Part shown: positions 11,077-19,638 of the stretch, in pieces
Layout: the number at the start of each line of letters is the position of its first letter
How positions within the stretch are numbered: the first letter of the stretch is position 1
NCBI GenBank assembly: GCA_015492495.1
Contig: WGEY01000088.1
Span: 2,959 to 66,958, forward strand
Direction of reading: 5' to 3'
Source of the DNA: Deltaproteobacteria bacterium
GTDB taxonomy: Bacteria > Desulfobacterota > GWC2-55-46 > DRQE01
Length of the DNA stretch: 64,000 nt
The notes under the pieces: generated by a model
What the model was told of the DNA's origin: nothing
The model's input: only the letters and a program-made list of their open reading frames with translations
Database searches by the model: none
Program-made: the position numbers and the translations under genes

Positions 11077-13779
11077 CTATCCCGTCGTATTACCTTCGAT
11101 GAGCTCTCTTACGGCCCTCAGCAGATCCGTCAACGTGTATGGTTTCTGCAAGAAGCGAAACCCCTTTTCGCGTATAAGCTCCAGTTGCGACTTCCGTCCC
11201 GTGTAGCCGCTTGTCAAGAGCACCCGGAGATCCGGCTTGCTGGAGAGGAGCCTGTTGACCAGTTGAACGCCGTTTTCATCTGGCAGGACGACGTCGCTGC
11301 AGACAAGGTGGATCCGGTCCTTTTCCCTTTCGAATGTGTCCATGGCCTCCTTGGCGTTCGTTGTCTCAAATACGGTGTAGCCGTTTTTGCGGAGCAGCGA
11401 CGCGCACGACCTGAGCACGATCTCTTCGTCCTCCACCAGAAGAATCCGCTCTCCTTTCCCGTTGAGCTCCTCTTTGGGGATGTCCCTTGTCTTGTGTTCG
11501 CTCCTTTCCATTGCACGGCAGGCGGGCAGGTAGACCTTGAAGGATGTACCTTTTCCTTCTTCACTCTGAACATTGATCCAACCTTCGTGCTGTTTGACGA
11601 TGCCATAGACCACGGCAAGCCCCAGCCCGGTGCCCTTTCCGACATCCTTTGTGGTGAAGAACGGCTCGAAGATGTGCTGGATGACATCCTTGTCCATGCC
11701 TTCACCGGTGTCCTCGACGGTGAGGCAGACAAAGCTCCCCGGCCGTGAATAGGGTATCAGCCTGCTTGAGGCTTCATCGATGACAACATTTTCCGTCCTG
11801 ATGGTAAGTATACCGCCGTGCTGCATGGCATCGCGTGCGTTTATGGCGAGGTTCATCACAACCTGCTCGATTTGGGCAGGGTCGATCTTCACCCTCGGCA
11901 GATCGGCCGCGAGCTCGGTTGCAAGCTCGATGTCCTCGCCTATGAGACGTAAAAGGAGCTTTTTTATGTCCGTGACGAGGTCGTTGATATCAAGCACCTT
12001 TGTCTGGAGCACCTGCCTGCGGCTGAAGGCCAGGAGTTGACGCGTAAGCGATGCAGCCCTCTCTGCGGACTTTCTGATCTCTTCAACGTTTTTGCGTAGC
12101 CGTTCTTGGTCGCCGAAGCTGTCCAGGACGAGCTCTGAGTATCCCATTATCGCTGTTAGCAGGTTGTTGAAGTCATGTGCAACTCCACCTGAGAGCTTTC
12201 CGATGGCCTCCATCTTCTGTGCCTGGAGCAGCTGGATCTGGAGCCGCTTTTTCTCTTCCTCATAGAGTTTTTTCTGTGTAACGTCTTCCTTGAGTGCGAC
12301 AAAGTGAGTGATGGTTCCATCTGCGTCGGTTATCGGTGAAATACACGTATGCTCCCAGTAAAGCTCGCCGTTCTTTTTCCTGTTGTAAAGCTCTCCGGTC
12401 CATACGCCGCCGGATGTGATCGTCTTCCACAGCTCTCTGTAGAACTCCGGCGGGTGGTGGGAGGACTTGAGGAACCGCGGATTCCTTCCTATGACCTCTT
12501 CGCAGGCGTAGCCGGTCAGCTCCGTGAACCTTGGGTTGACGTATTCGATGTTACCCCTGGTGTCCGTGATGATGACGCTGCTCGGGCTCTGTTCCACCGC
12601 GTGAAAGAGCTTGCGAAGCTGCTCCTCGGTCTTCTTGCGCCCGGTGACGTCTGTGTAGAATTCTATGCGTCCACCGGCATATAGCCCGGACCTGATCGGC
12701 TGGCTCCAGTGCTCGAGATGCCGCTCCTTGCGTTCGCCTTCGGGCAGCACATGGCACTCGAAGCTCCTTATGGATGTATTGTCCTCGTATGTCTCCAGTA
12801 TCCTCTCTGCAAAAGCTTCGGGTTCCTCGAAGATATACTTTATCCGTTCGCGGACGAGCCGCCTGTTGTCCATTCCGATGATATCTTCTCTTCTCAGGCC
12901 GAAGAACTGTTCAAGGGCCAGGTTCAGCCAGACGATCCGGAACCCTGAGTCGAGTATGACGATACCCACTCCGGAGCTGTCGAGGACATCGTTTGTCAGT
13001 GAACGGTGCTTTGCTTCACTCTCCTGTAGCGCCCTCTCGGCTCGTTTGCGGTCAGTGATGTCGCGCCATATGCACCTGCAGAACGATACGTTTCCATGTT
13101 CATCACGCACCGCCGATACCTTCAGGCTCACGTCTATCCTGCTACCGTCTTTTCTTTTCAATTGCAACTCGGCATTATCTGCCTCGTCCGTCTCGACGAA
13201 CAGGAGGCCGTCCTTTCCCGGATCCTCGACACATTCCATATGGTATATGTCCGAGACTGGGCGGCCTACGAGCTCGTCCTTGCTGTAGCCCAGCGTTGCG
13301 GCCAGCGTCTGGTTGCACTGAATGATCTTTCCGGTCCTGGCGTCAACTGATCCGAACATATCAGGGGCGTAGTCATACAGGTCCTGGTACTCCCTTTTGG
13401 ACCTTCTCAGTTCACGCTCCCTTTTTTCCAGGGCATCGACCTTTTCGGAAGCAGCCCGCACATTCGAGTAGAGCAGCGCCGAAAGGGCGAAGACTATGAA
13501 AGTAATGCTGTTTATGCCTCCGCTGACGGGTGAGAGCGCATGCCACACATCGGGATACCCGGCGGTCATGAGCACCCTTTTGACTATGTGTGCAACCGAA
13601 CGGGAGATAGCGAAGACGGCGAGGGCAAGCGTCTGGGCGTAGAGGAAAGTATAGAGGGCGGTATAGCGTCTCTTCCTGTAGATCTCCTTCATGAGCCTTA
13701 CACCGTAAATGCTCATGAGGATCATGGTTGACGAGCCGAGGACGTCTATCAGCCATACCAAGGACATCGGCGCCTGCAT
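11077..13779 (-). CDS. hybrid sensor histidine kinase / response regulator (N-terminal TM segments, multiple PAS domains, HisKA, HATPase_c, C-terminal receiver)
   Basis: The long ORF 11077-14040 was trimmed to the ATG at 13779, which has a strong RBS (AGAAGGAGGAGCCGTGATG). H-box AHDFNNLLTAIMGYSEL; G-boxes (DTGEGM, GTGLGLAVV); receiver ILLVEDEEIVL...LVCSDVVLPDENG. Confidence 0.85.
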   Translation of the reverse strand: MQAPMSLVWLIDVLGSSTMILMSIYGVRLMKEIYRKRRYTALYTFLYAQTLALAVFAISRSVAHIVKRVLMTAGYPDVWHALSPVSGGINSITFIVFALSALLYSNVRAASEKVDALEKRERELRRSKREYQDLYDYAPDMFGSVDARTGKIIQCNQTLAATLGYSKDELVGRPVSDIYHMECVEDPGKDGLLFVETDEADNAELQLKRKDGSRIDVSLKVSAVRDEHGNVSFCRCIWRDITDRKRAERALQESEAKHRSLTNDVLDSSGVGIVILDSGFRIVWLNLALEQFFGLRREDIIGMDNRRLVRERIKYIFEEPEAFAERILETYEDNTSIRSFECHVLPEGERKERHLEHWSQPIRSGLYAGGRIEFYTDVTGRKKTEEQLRKLFHAVEQSPSSVIITDTRGNIEYVNPRFTELTGYACEEVIGRNPRFLKSSHHPPEFYRELWKTITSGGVWTGELYNRKKNGELYWEHTCISPITDADGTITHFVALKEDVTQKKLYEEEKKRLQIQLLQAQKMEAIGKLSGGVAHDFNNLLTAIMGYSELVLDSFGDQERLRKNVEEIRKSAERAASLTRQLLAFSRRQVLQTKVLDINDLVTDIKKLLLRLIGEDIELATELAADLPRVKIDPAQIEQVVMNLAINARDAMQHGGILTIRTENVVIDEASSRLIPYSRPGSFVCLTVEDTGEGMDKDVIQHIFEPFFTTKDVGKGTGLGLAVVYGIVKQHEGWINVQSEEGKGTSFKVYLPACRAMERSEHKTRDIPKEELNGKGERILLVEDEEIVLRSCASLLRKNGYTVFETTNAKEAMDTFEREKDRIHLVCSDVVLPDENGVQLVNRLLSSKPDLRVLLTSGYTGRKSQLELIREKGFRFLQKPYTLTDLLRAVRELIEGNTTG

Positions 13780-14224
13780 CACGGCTCCTCCTTCTCGTCC
13801 TTGAACGACTTTATCCCCATGACAAAGGCCGCCATCGCACCGACCGAGAGGAAGTGATCGAGGATCTTGCCCGCATAGAACACCTTCGCAATCAATGTGG
13901 ATATGTCGATCTTCTGGGTCCATGCACGCACGGAGCCGGAAAAGAACTCGGGCGATAGCGGTTCTCTTATCCAGTGGACCGTAAATGTATCGATGTTCCA
14001 TAGAAGGAACAGGAAGGCCGCTATGCCGATGAACCTCCACCCCGGGGCAGCGTTGGGACCCGCTTTATCTGTATGAAAAGGACGGCCATGGAAAACATGA
14101 AGAAGAGGTGGGCGATCTGATGGGTGTAGAGCCCCTCTGGATCTGCATGTTCCTGGGTAGCCAACGCATCCGGACAGGCTATCAATATCAACAGGACGAC
14201 GACGGGAATAACCTTTTTAAGCAC
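13779..14224 (-). pseudogene. small polytopic membrane protein gene with an apparent 1-nt frameshift in a C4G4 homopolymer; translationally coupled (TGATG) to the sensor kinase
   Basis: Frame A (GTG 14224 with RBS GGAAG; MLKKVIPVVVLLILIAC...HQIAHLFFMFSMAVLFIQIKRVPTLPRG) stops at 14021. Frame B continues protein-like (WRFIGIAAFLFLLWNIDTF...FLSVGAMAAFVMGIKSFKDEKEEP*) to a TGA overlapping the kinase ATG. Inserting one nt in ccccgggg (14041-14048) fuses them into a protein of about 148 aa and 4 TM segments. Confidence 0.35.
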
Positions 14225-14623
14225 CGCTATACTTCCTCGGGGTACGCGTGTCCGGTTGCAGTGACCATGTACCCCTTTCCGGTGACGGACTGACCCGGGA
14301 CCTTCGTGAGCCACCCCCTGTTTGGCGTGGTTGTAGTGACGGACGTCGTTGCGCAGACTTATGTAACCGTTCCCCACCAGTTATAATTCGGCGGAATTCC
14401 GGAAATCTGTAGATGAGATTAAAGCGTGGCAACATATGTCCGCCGGGCGGTGCTCTACGTACTTAACGATGCGTTTTTGATGCCGTGGCCGGTGTAAGGA
14501 TCGTGGGCGCAGTTATATGCGGAAGGAAGGTCAAAGGCACATGCGGCAGGTAGGTTACCCGAGATGCCTTCGTTGCAAAAGACGCTAAAGCGCCCGAGGT
14601 GTGCTCGACCTCGCACCGTATCT

Positions 14624-15655
14624 TCAGAACCACAGGAGGAACTGATCTGCGGGAAGGCTTCTTTGAAGGAGAGAGGTGAGGGGACGCGAAAGGTTCAGAA
14701 GGGATGTGGCGGCCTTGCCGGTTCGTCCGAGGTGCCTGCCGAGTATCCCGGTCAGGTCGGAGAGTGCATCGAGTATCCAGGAGACAGGCTGGTTACGCTC
14801 GGTCCGGCCGAGCCCTCGGGCAAGGCCCCTTGCCTTGGTTATTCTTTTCTCGGCCATCCCAAGGGCCGAGCCGATATCCGTGCCGCTCATGATTATGTGG
14901 TTTTTCCCGGAGCGTTTGCGGTCGTACTCGAGGTCCATGGCGTCGTCTATCAGCTGGCCGGCCTCGCCAGTGAGCCTTCCTATCTCGGCGTACCGCTGCC
15001 TTACGTCACAGCCGGCGCTTGCCGTGGGAAAGAGCACGCCTATGACCCTGTCTCCGCAGGACTTCCTGTATAGGTATGTTTGGGGATCGGTCGCCTCCTC
15101 GCTCGATATGAGTGTCTTAATGACATCGAAGAGGCGGCTCCTTATGGCGCGCAGCTCTTCGAGGTTTATCTCACCGCGGCGAACCTCCTCGGCCAGGGCC
15201 ATGTCCATGAGGTCCCTGTACGCATGGGAGATATACAGGAGCCTTTCACCGAACCTGTCGTAGCTGGCCTCCTTGTCCAAGAGGTCATCCATACACGCGA
15301 CCATGGATGAGAAGAAGCCTGCGGCCACCTGCAGCTCACCCCTCGATCCGAGGATATCGGCCATCACGCCGATGCAGACCTCGGTGAGGGCGCCGCCGTC
15401 GGCGTTTAGTGGATAATCTCCGATCATGCCGCGGGTATAGGCGAGCTCTACCGCTGGCCTTATGACTGGACCTGCGAGGTCGAGTTCACTCCTCATGATG
15501 TGGGATGCAACGGGGTCCGTCTCTCGGAGGTAGGGGGGTGTCCTTGGCTTTGCGGATATGGAGAGGTAGTCGCGTATTATCAGGCCACGCCGGAGCGAGG
15601 ACCTATTCCTTAGCCTTCTTATGGAAGCCGGTGGTATGGTATTCGACGGCGCCAT
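14624..15655 (-). CDS. hypothetical protein, possible class-I isoprenoid synthase-like fold (two Asp-rich DDxxD-like motifs)
   Basis: 343 aa. ...VACMDDLLDKE... and ...QLIDDAMDLEYD... lie about 120 aa apart, the spacing seen between the first and second Asp-rich motifs of trans-isoprenyl diphosphate / terpene synthases. Otherwise divergent. Confidence 0.4.
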   Translation of the reverse strand: MAPSNTIPPASIRRLRNRSSLRRGLIIRDYLSISAKPRTPPYLRETDPVASHIMRSELDLAGPVIRPAVELAYTRGMIGDYPLNADGGALTEVCIGVMADILGSRGELQVAAGFFSSMVACMDDLLDKEASYDRFGERLLYISHAYRDLMDMALAEEVRRGEINLEELRAIRSRLFDVIKTLISSEEATDPQTYLYRKSCGDRVIGVLFPTASAGCDVRQRYAEIGRLTGEAGQLIDDAMDLEYDRKRSGKNHIIMSGTDIGSALGMAEKRITKARGLARGLGRTERNQPVSWILDALSDLTGILGRHLGRTGKAATSLLNLSRPLTSLLQRSLPADQFLLWF

Positions 15656-15898
15656 GGGTTTAAATGCATGGCGGGCTCATTACCTGAAGCCCGCCGCGTG
15701 TTGGCGGGTGAATATGATACAAACTCCCTTGCGTTCGGTGGCCATGCAGCTTGCTGCATGATGCTTCAAAAGATACAACAATGCGGCCAGGCATGCAAGG
15801 GGCTTTTAAAAACTCCACAGCTCCTTTTGTTAAGGTTTTCCCTTGTGGTGCCTGTCTGGCGGAGGTCTTAAGGGTTTTCCTTGTTATTCCGCTTGCTT

Positions 15899-17125
15899 CT
15901 ATGTCTCATCGATGTTTCTTGCACCTGTAGGCCTCCAGGAGGGGGATATGACGCCTGTTTCACCTCTGCTTTCAAGGATGGTCCCCCAGGTAAGAGTAAA
16001 CTCGCCGAAGCTTTCGTTGACCGTATCCATGGCCCGAAGGAGATCGGTCCGTCTCCTGTCCTCTTCAAAGAGACTTTCCTGGCAGAGGTGCCTTGCAAGT
16101 ACGTCCATGGCTATACCTATGAGCCTTACGGCCTTTTTGAGCTCTATGGAGTCCATTATCCTCAGTGCATGGAGGTATACCGCGCGGGTGTCGTTTGTTG
16201 GGCAGGGGAGAGGCCGGCTCCTTGTGAAGGTATGGAAGTCGCTGTATCTGACGGTGAGTATGAGCCTTGTTCCGGCAAGGCCGTGCTTTCTTGCCCTGCT
16301 GCATACCTTCTCGGAGAGCCTTAGGAGGTACGCCTTAAGGGTTTTCGTATCAGAGGTGTTACGGGGCAGTGTGATGGAGTGTCCCACGCTCCTTGTCCGC
16401 TCCTGTTCTTCCACGCTTGCAACCGGGCTCGTATCTATCCCCTGTGCCATGAGCTTGAGCCTCTCTCCGGTCATGCCGAAGCTGCTTTTCAGTATGCCCG
16501 CCGGACAGTCCGCAAGCTGACCGCAGGTCCTGATGCCCATTGCGTTCAGGCGTCCCGCGAGCTTTCGTCCTATGCCGCAGAGGCGCTCGACGGGCAGCCT
16601 TTCCAATACACTTCGCACCTCTCCTTCCTCTATGAGCACCAGGCCGTCGGGCTTTTGCATGGACGAGGCGAGCTTGGCCATGAGCTTGTTAGGGCCTATA
16701 CCAACGGATGAGCCGAGCCCGGTCTCTTCCCTTATCCTCTTTTTTATGGAGAGCGCTATGGTCCGTGGCGTGCCGAAGAGGGAGGTCGAGCCTGTAACAT
16801 CGATGAACGCCTCGTCTATGGAGAATGGTTCGATCTTGGGGCTGAAGCCCTCAAGTATGGCCAGTATGCGCCTAGAGGTGTCGGTGTAGATGCGGTTGTT
16901 GGCCTTTACGAAGACGACCTGCGGACAGAGCCTTCTTGCCTCGTATATGTTCATCCCCGTCCTGACCCCGTACCGCCGGGCATGGTACGAGGCGGTCGTT
17001 ATAACGGTCCTGTGGCCCCGGCCTATAACGGCCACCGGCCTCGAGCGGAGCGCCGGGTTGCGCCTCTGTTCTATCGATGCGAAGAAGGCGTCCATGTCTA
17101 TGTGGAGTATGGTGCGTGCGGCCAT
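15899..17125 (-). CDS. dinB: DNA polymerase IV (Y-family translesion polymerase)
   Basis: ORF 15899-17185 trimmed to the ATG at 17125 (MAARTILHIDMDAFFASIEQRRNPALRSRPVAV...), which has a GGAGG RBS. Classic DinB N-terminus and SIDEAFIDVTG motif. Confidence 0.85.
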   Translation of the reverse strand: MAARTILHIDMDAFFASIEQRRNPALRSRPVAVIGRGHRTVITTASYHARRYGVRTGMNIYEARRLCPQVVFVKANNRIYTDTSRRILAILEGFSPKIEPFSIDEAFIDVTGSTSLFGTPRTIALSIKKRIREETGLGSSVGIGPNKLMAKLASSMQKPDGLVLIEEGEVRSVLERLPVERLCGIGRKLAGRLNAMGIRTCGQLADCPAGILKSSFGMTGERLKLMAQGIDTSPVASVEEQERTRSVGHSITLPRNTSDTKTLKAYLLRLSEKVCSRARKHGLAGTRLILTVRYSDFHTFTRSRPLPCPTNDTRAVYLHALRIMDSIELKKAVRLIGIAMDVLARHLCQESLFEEDRRRTDLLRAMDTVNESFGEFTLTWGTILESRGETGVISPSWRPTGARNIDET

Positions 17126-17126
17126 G

Positions 17127-17420
17127 CTACGCCTCCACCTGCTCGAGCCTCCACACCATGGTGTAGGGGTTGTAGGATAGCTCAAAGAGTGTTGTCCCGT
17201 CGGTCACCGAGAAGTGGACTATGCTCGTGTGTCCGTGCCGCGTGCGCCACGTGTAGGTTATCTCCTTCACGGGATATACCCTGCCGTTCCACCTGAACTT
17301 CACGGGCCTTACCCCATTGTCGAAGACGGCGATGACCTTTATGGGTTCCTGAAGATGCATGGCGAGCGAATGAAATCTCCTTGAACGTGCATTGCGAGCG
17401 CCTGTCTGCGTGTGGTTCAC
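17127..17420 (-). CDS. small conserved-looking hypothetical protein translationally coupled to dinB
   Basis: Stop TAG at 17127-17129 sits 1 nt before the dinB ATG, and its last codons (GTGGAGGCGTAG) form the dinB RBS. The listed GTG start is 17420; the alternative ATG at 17360 (MHLQEPIKVIAVFDNGVRPVKFRWNGRVYPVKEITYTWRT...) is more likely, giving about 77 aa. Confidence 0.4.
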   Translation of the reverse strand: MNHTQTGARNARSRRFHSLAMHLQEPIKVIAVFDNGVRPVKFRWNGRVYPVKEITYTWRTRHGHTSIVHFSVTDGTTLFELSYNPYTMVWRLEQVEA

Positions 17421-17433
17421 CCTAACAGGCAGG
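17401..17433. repeat. inverted-repeat element CCTGTCTG-(17 nt)-CAGGCAGG
   Basis: Arms CCTGTCTG / CAGGCAGG. The same arms recur 100 bp away with a 3-nt loop. Confidence 0.5.
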
Positions 17434-17502
17434 CATTTCCCGAAGCCCGCTACGGGTTAGCGAGCGAAATACAATCGGATAATTCCTTACATGAGAAGAT
17501 TC

Positions 17503-17521
17503 CCTGTCTGCTACAGGCAGG
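17503..17521. repeat. inverted-repeat element CCTGTCTG-CTA-CAGGCAGG (second copy)
   Basis: Same arms, including the same T/C asymmetry, as 17401-17433. Lies between lexA and the small-ORF/dinB unit. Confidence 0.5.
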
Positions 17522-17570
17522 CCTTAGCCCACTCGATGGAGCTTCAATTTGAAGGTCTTTTGCAGTGCAT

Positions 17571-18200
17571 CTATTTATTACTGGACCGTCCGTCCATGTG
17601 TTTTATTACCGATACGACCTTGCCTATGATTGAGAACTCCCCGGCCTCCAGTCTGATGGGCTCCATCTGCGGGTTTTCGGGCTTCAGTACGACAGCCCTA
17701 CCCGTCCTGAAGAACCTCTTTACAGTGGCATCGCCGTCCACCATGGCAACGACTATTTCGCCGTTGGATGCGTCGGCCTGCGGCCTTACTAGGACGTAAT
17801 CGCCGTCCTCGATGCCCGCATCCACCATGCTTTGGCCCTCGACCCTCAACATAAACGCCCCCCTGCACTTGAAAAAGTCCGGATCAAGGGTGACGTAGCC
17901 GGTGATGTCCTCTACGGCCGGATGGGGCTTGCCGGCCCTGACCCTGCCGGCTATCGGCACCTGTACGGCCCCGGTGCGTGACAATATGTCTATGGCCCTT
18001 GAACGGTTCGCGCTCCTCCTTATGAAGCCCTTTTTTTCAAGGGCCTCGAGGTGCTTTCTCGCGTTCTGGGGGCCTTTGATGCCGAACCTTACGCATATTT
18101 CCCTCAAGGAGGGGGCATAGCCGTGCTCGGAGATGAACTCCCTTATGAACTCCAGAACCCCTTTCTGCCTGTGGGTGAGCCTTCTTTCATCCATGAACAT
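17571..18200 (-). CDS. lexA: LexA repressor (SOS regulator, S24 peptidase)
   Basis: 209 aa. N-terminal wHTH (LTHRQKGVLEFIREFISEHGYAPSLREI), Ala-Gly cleavage region (VPIAGRVRAGKP), and C-terminal S24 domain with Ser (VEGQSMVDAGI) and Lys (TVKRF). Confidence 0.9.
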   Translation of the reverse strand: MFMDERRLTHRQKGVLEFIREFISEHGYAPSLREICVRFGIKGPQNARKHLEALEKKGFIRRSANRSRAIDILSRTGAVQVPIAGRVRAGKPHPAVEDITGYVTLDPDFFKCRGAFMLRVEGQSMVDAGIEDGDYVLVRPQADASNGEIVVAMVDGDATVKRFFRTGRAVVLKPENPQMEPIRLEAGEFSIIGKVVSVIKHMDGRSSNK

Positions 18201-18299
18201 GCATGCTGGCGCCCGCCTGGGCGGGAACGCTCGCAGTCAGGCGATTCGTCAGCCAAGCGTGCATTCCCCGCCTTTAGGCAGAGTATTGTGTTATCTTTT

Positions 18300-18317
18300 G
18301 GGTAACTTTTGTTATCC
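18300..18317. promoter_or_regulatory. candidate LexA operator: near-palindrome GGGTAAC-TTTT-GTTATCC (core TAAC-N4-GTTA)
   Basis: About 100 bp upstream of the lexA start. Shares the AAC-N4-GTT core architecture of many LexA boxes. Flanked by a further GTTATC half-site at 18290-18295. Confidence 0.3.
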
Positions 18318-18464
18318 TATAGTAAGGCGAAACCTCCTGGATGTCAAGGTGTAAATGCGGTATCTGTAGGGAATGTTCGGATTTGTTCCCATTGGGCCAA
18401 CGGCTGCCTGGGCACGTGGATACCCCGAAGGCACGAAACGTTTTCCGCTGGTTCTGTTTTTTTA

Positions 18465-18493
18465 TTGACACGGTTCGGTCCAGCTAATAAAAT
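18465..18493 (+). promoter_or_regulatory. possible sigma70-type promoter (TTGACA - 17 nt - TAAAAT) about 215 nt upstream of ORF 18709
   Basis: Consensus -35 and near-consensus -10 in an AT-richer stretch. The intervening leader contains the inverted repeat CTTCACG...CGTGAAG. Confidence 0.3.
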
Positions 18494-18708
18494 GAAGGTG
18501 ACTTCACGTAAGCCTTTCACGGTGAGCTGCGTGAAGTCCGTGTGCCAACGCATCTTCACCATTAAGGATACGCATCATCACGGCTTTCACTTCAACTTTG
18601 ATCATCACATCTTGACGGGTTCTCCACAGCTTTCCGTGTTCGCTCACGGCTGCTACACCTTTGAGATGCATCAAGGATCCACTTTTTGACATACCACTTT
18701 GATATACC

Positions 18709-19638
18709 ATGGCGGGAGTTTCGCATCTGTGGGAGCCCGATTCAGGGCTTCTCAGGGATATAGAGTCAATGGCCCGAGATTACAGGCGCAGGGCCGAGGA
18801 GCATCTCAAGCCCATTGTATCCTCATACTATCCGGCGCTTCTCGATGGCGGCGGGGAATACCGCAAGATGATAGAGCTCTCCACCAAGATGACAATGGTA
18901 GGCCATGCATGCACGGAGATAGGCGGATACCGCTTCGACGAGAGGAGGCGGAGGATGAGCGCGCTCTTCGGTGCGTGCTGCTTCATCGGCGACAGCTTCA
19001 TAGATGACTTCGGTGATGATGCGGCAAGGGAGTACATCGAGCGCTACGAGCTCTTGCTGACCAGGGGCTGGTTCGATATAAGGAACGACCGCGAAAGGCT
19101 GTTCTTCGTCATCCTCACAAGGCTCTTCGGGGAGCGTGACGTGCTTGACCCTATGCTTAGACAGGCGATATTCTCGCTCTTCCTCGCCCAGAAGAGGGAC
19201 GTTGATCTGAGGCTTGATCCCGGGTGGCTGAAAGTGCTCAGGCGCAGGTCAAGGCTCGATCAACTCAGGGTGTGCGCGCGTGACAGGAGCGGGCATGCCA
19301 TCACGGTGCTTTCGCTTTTCCTGGTTCCGGGCTTTCCGCTCAGGTACCACCACCTGCTGTACACGGCCGGTGCGCTCATAATGTACATAGACGACCACGG
19401 CGACTGTTACTCGGACCTGTACCACAACAGGGTCACCTACATGAACCAGGTGAAAAACCCTTCGGTCACCCTTCTCAGGGCCTTTGCCAGGGGCACCGAG
19501 CGCCTGAGAAAGGGGCTTCCCGAGGGCAGGGGACGGGAGATACTCCTGGCGTTCCTGTACAGGTACTTCATCACCAGGATCGAAAAGCACCGGCTGGAGA
19601 GGGACCGGGGAAGGTACTCTTGGACAGTGTATGAGTAG
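18709..19638 (+). CDS. hypothetical protein, possible isoprenoid-synthase-like fold (Asp-rich motifs IDDFGDD and IDDHGD)
   Basis: 309 aa. ...CFIGDSFIDDFGDDAAREY... and ...LIMYIDDHGDCYSD... lie about 135 aa apart. Architecture resembles ORF 14624-15655 but the sequences are divergent. Confidence 0.4.
   Translation: MAGVSHLWEPDSGLLRDIESMARDYRRRAEEHLKPIVSSYYPALLDGGGEYRKMIELSTKMTMVGHACTEIGGYRFDERRRRMSALFGACCFIGDSFIDDFGDDAAREYIERYELLLTRGWFDIRNDRERLFFVILTRLFGERDVLDPMLRQAIFSLFLAQKRDVDLRLDPGWLKVLRRRSRLDQLRVCARDRSGHAITVLSLFLVPGFPLRYHHLLYTAGALIMYIDDHGDCYSDLYHNRVTYMNQVKNPSVTLLRAFARGTERLRKGLPEGRGREILLAFLYRYFITRIEKHRLERDRGRYSWTVYE

Noticed and set aside
17421-17570. E. coli-type (CTGT-N8-ACAG) or Geobacter-type (GGTT-N2-C-N4-G-N3-ACC) LexA box upstream of dinB
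   Set aside because: CTGTCTGCTACAG has the wrong spacing (N5). GGTTCACCCTAACAGG fails the Geobacter pattern at the conserved G. No convincing match was found.
18492-18689. His-rich 66-aa small ORF (..KDTHHHGFHFNFDHHILTG..) in the leader upstream of ORF 18709, considered as a possible metal-sensing or attenuator leader peptide
   Set aside because: Its ATG overlaps the -10 hexamer of the only plausible promoter, so it would not be on the transcript. There is no SD. The His run is short and interrupted. Kept only as a note.
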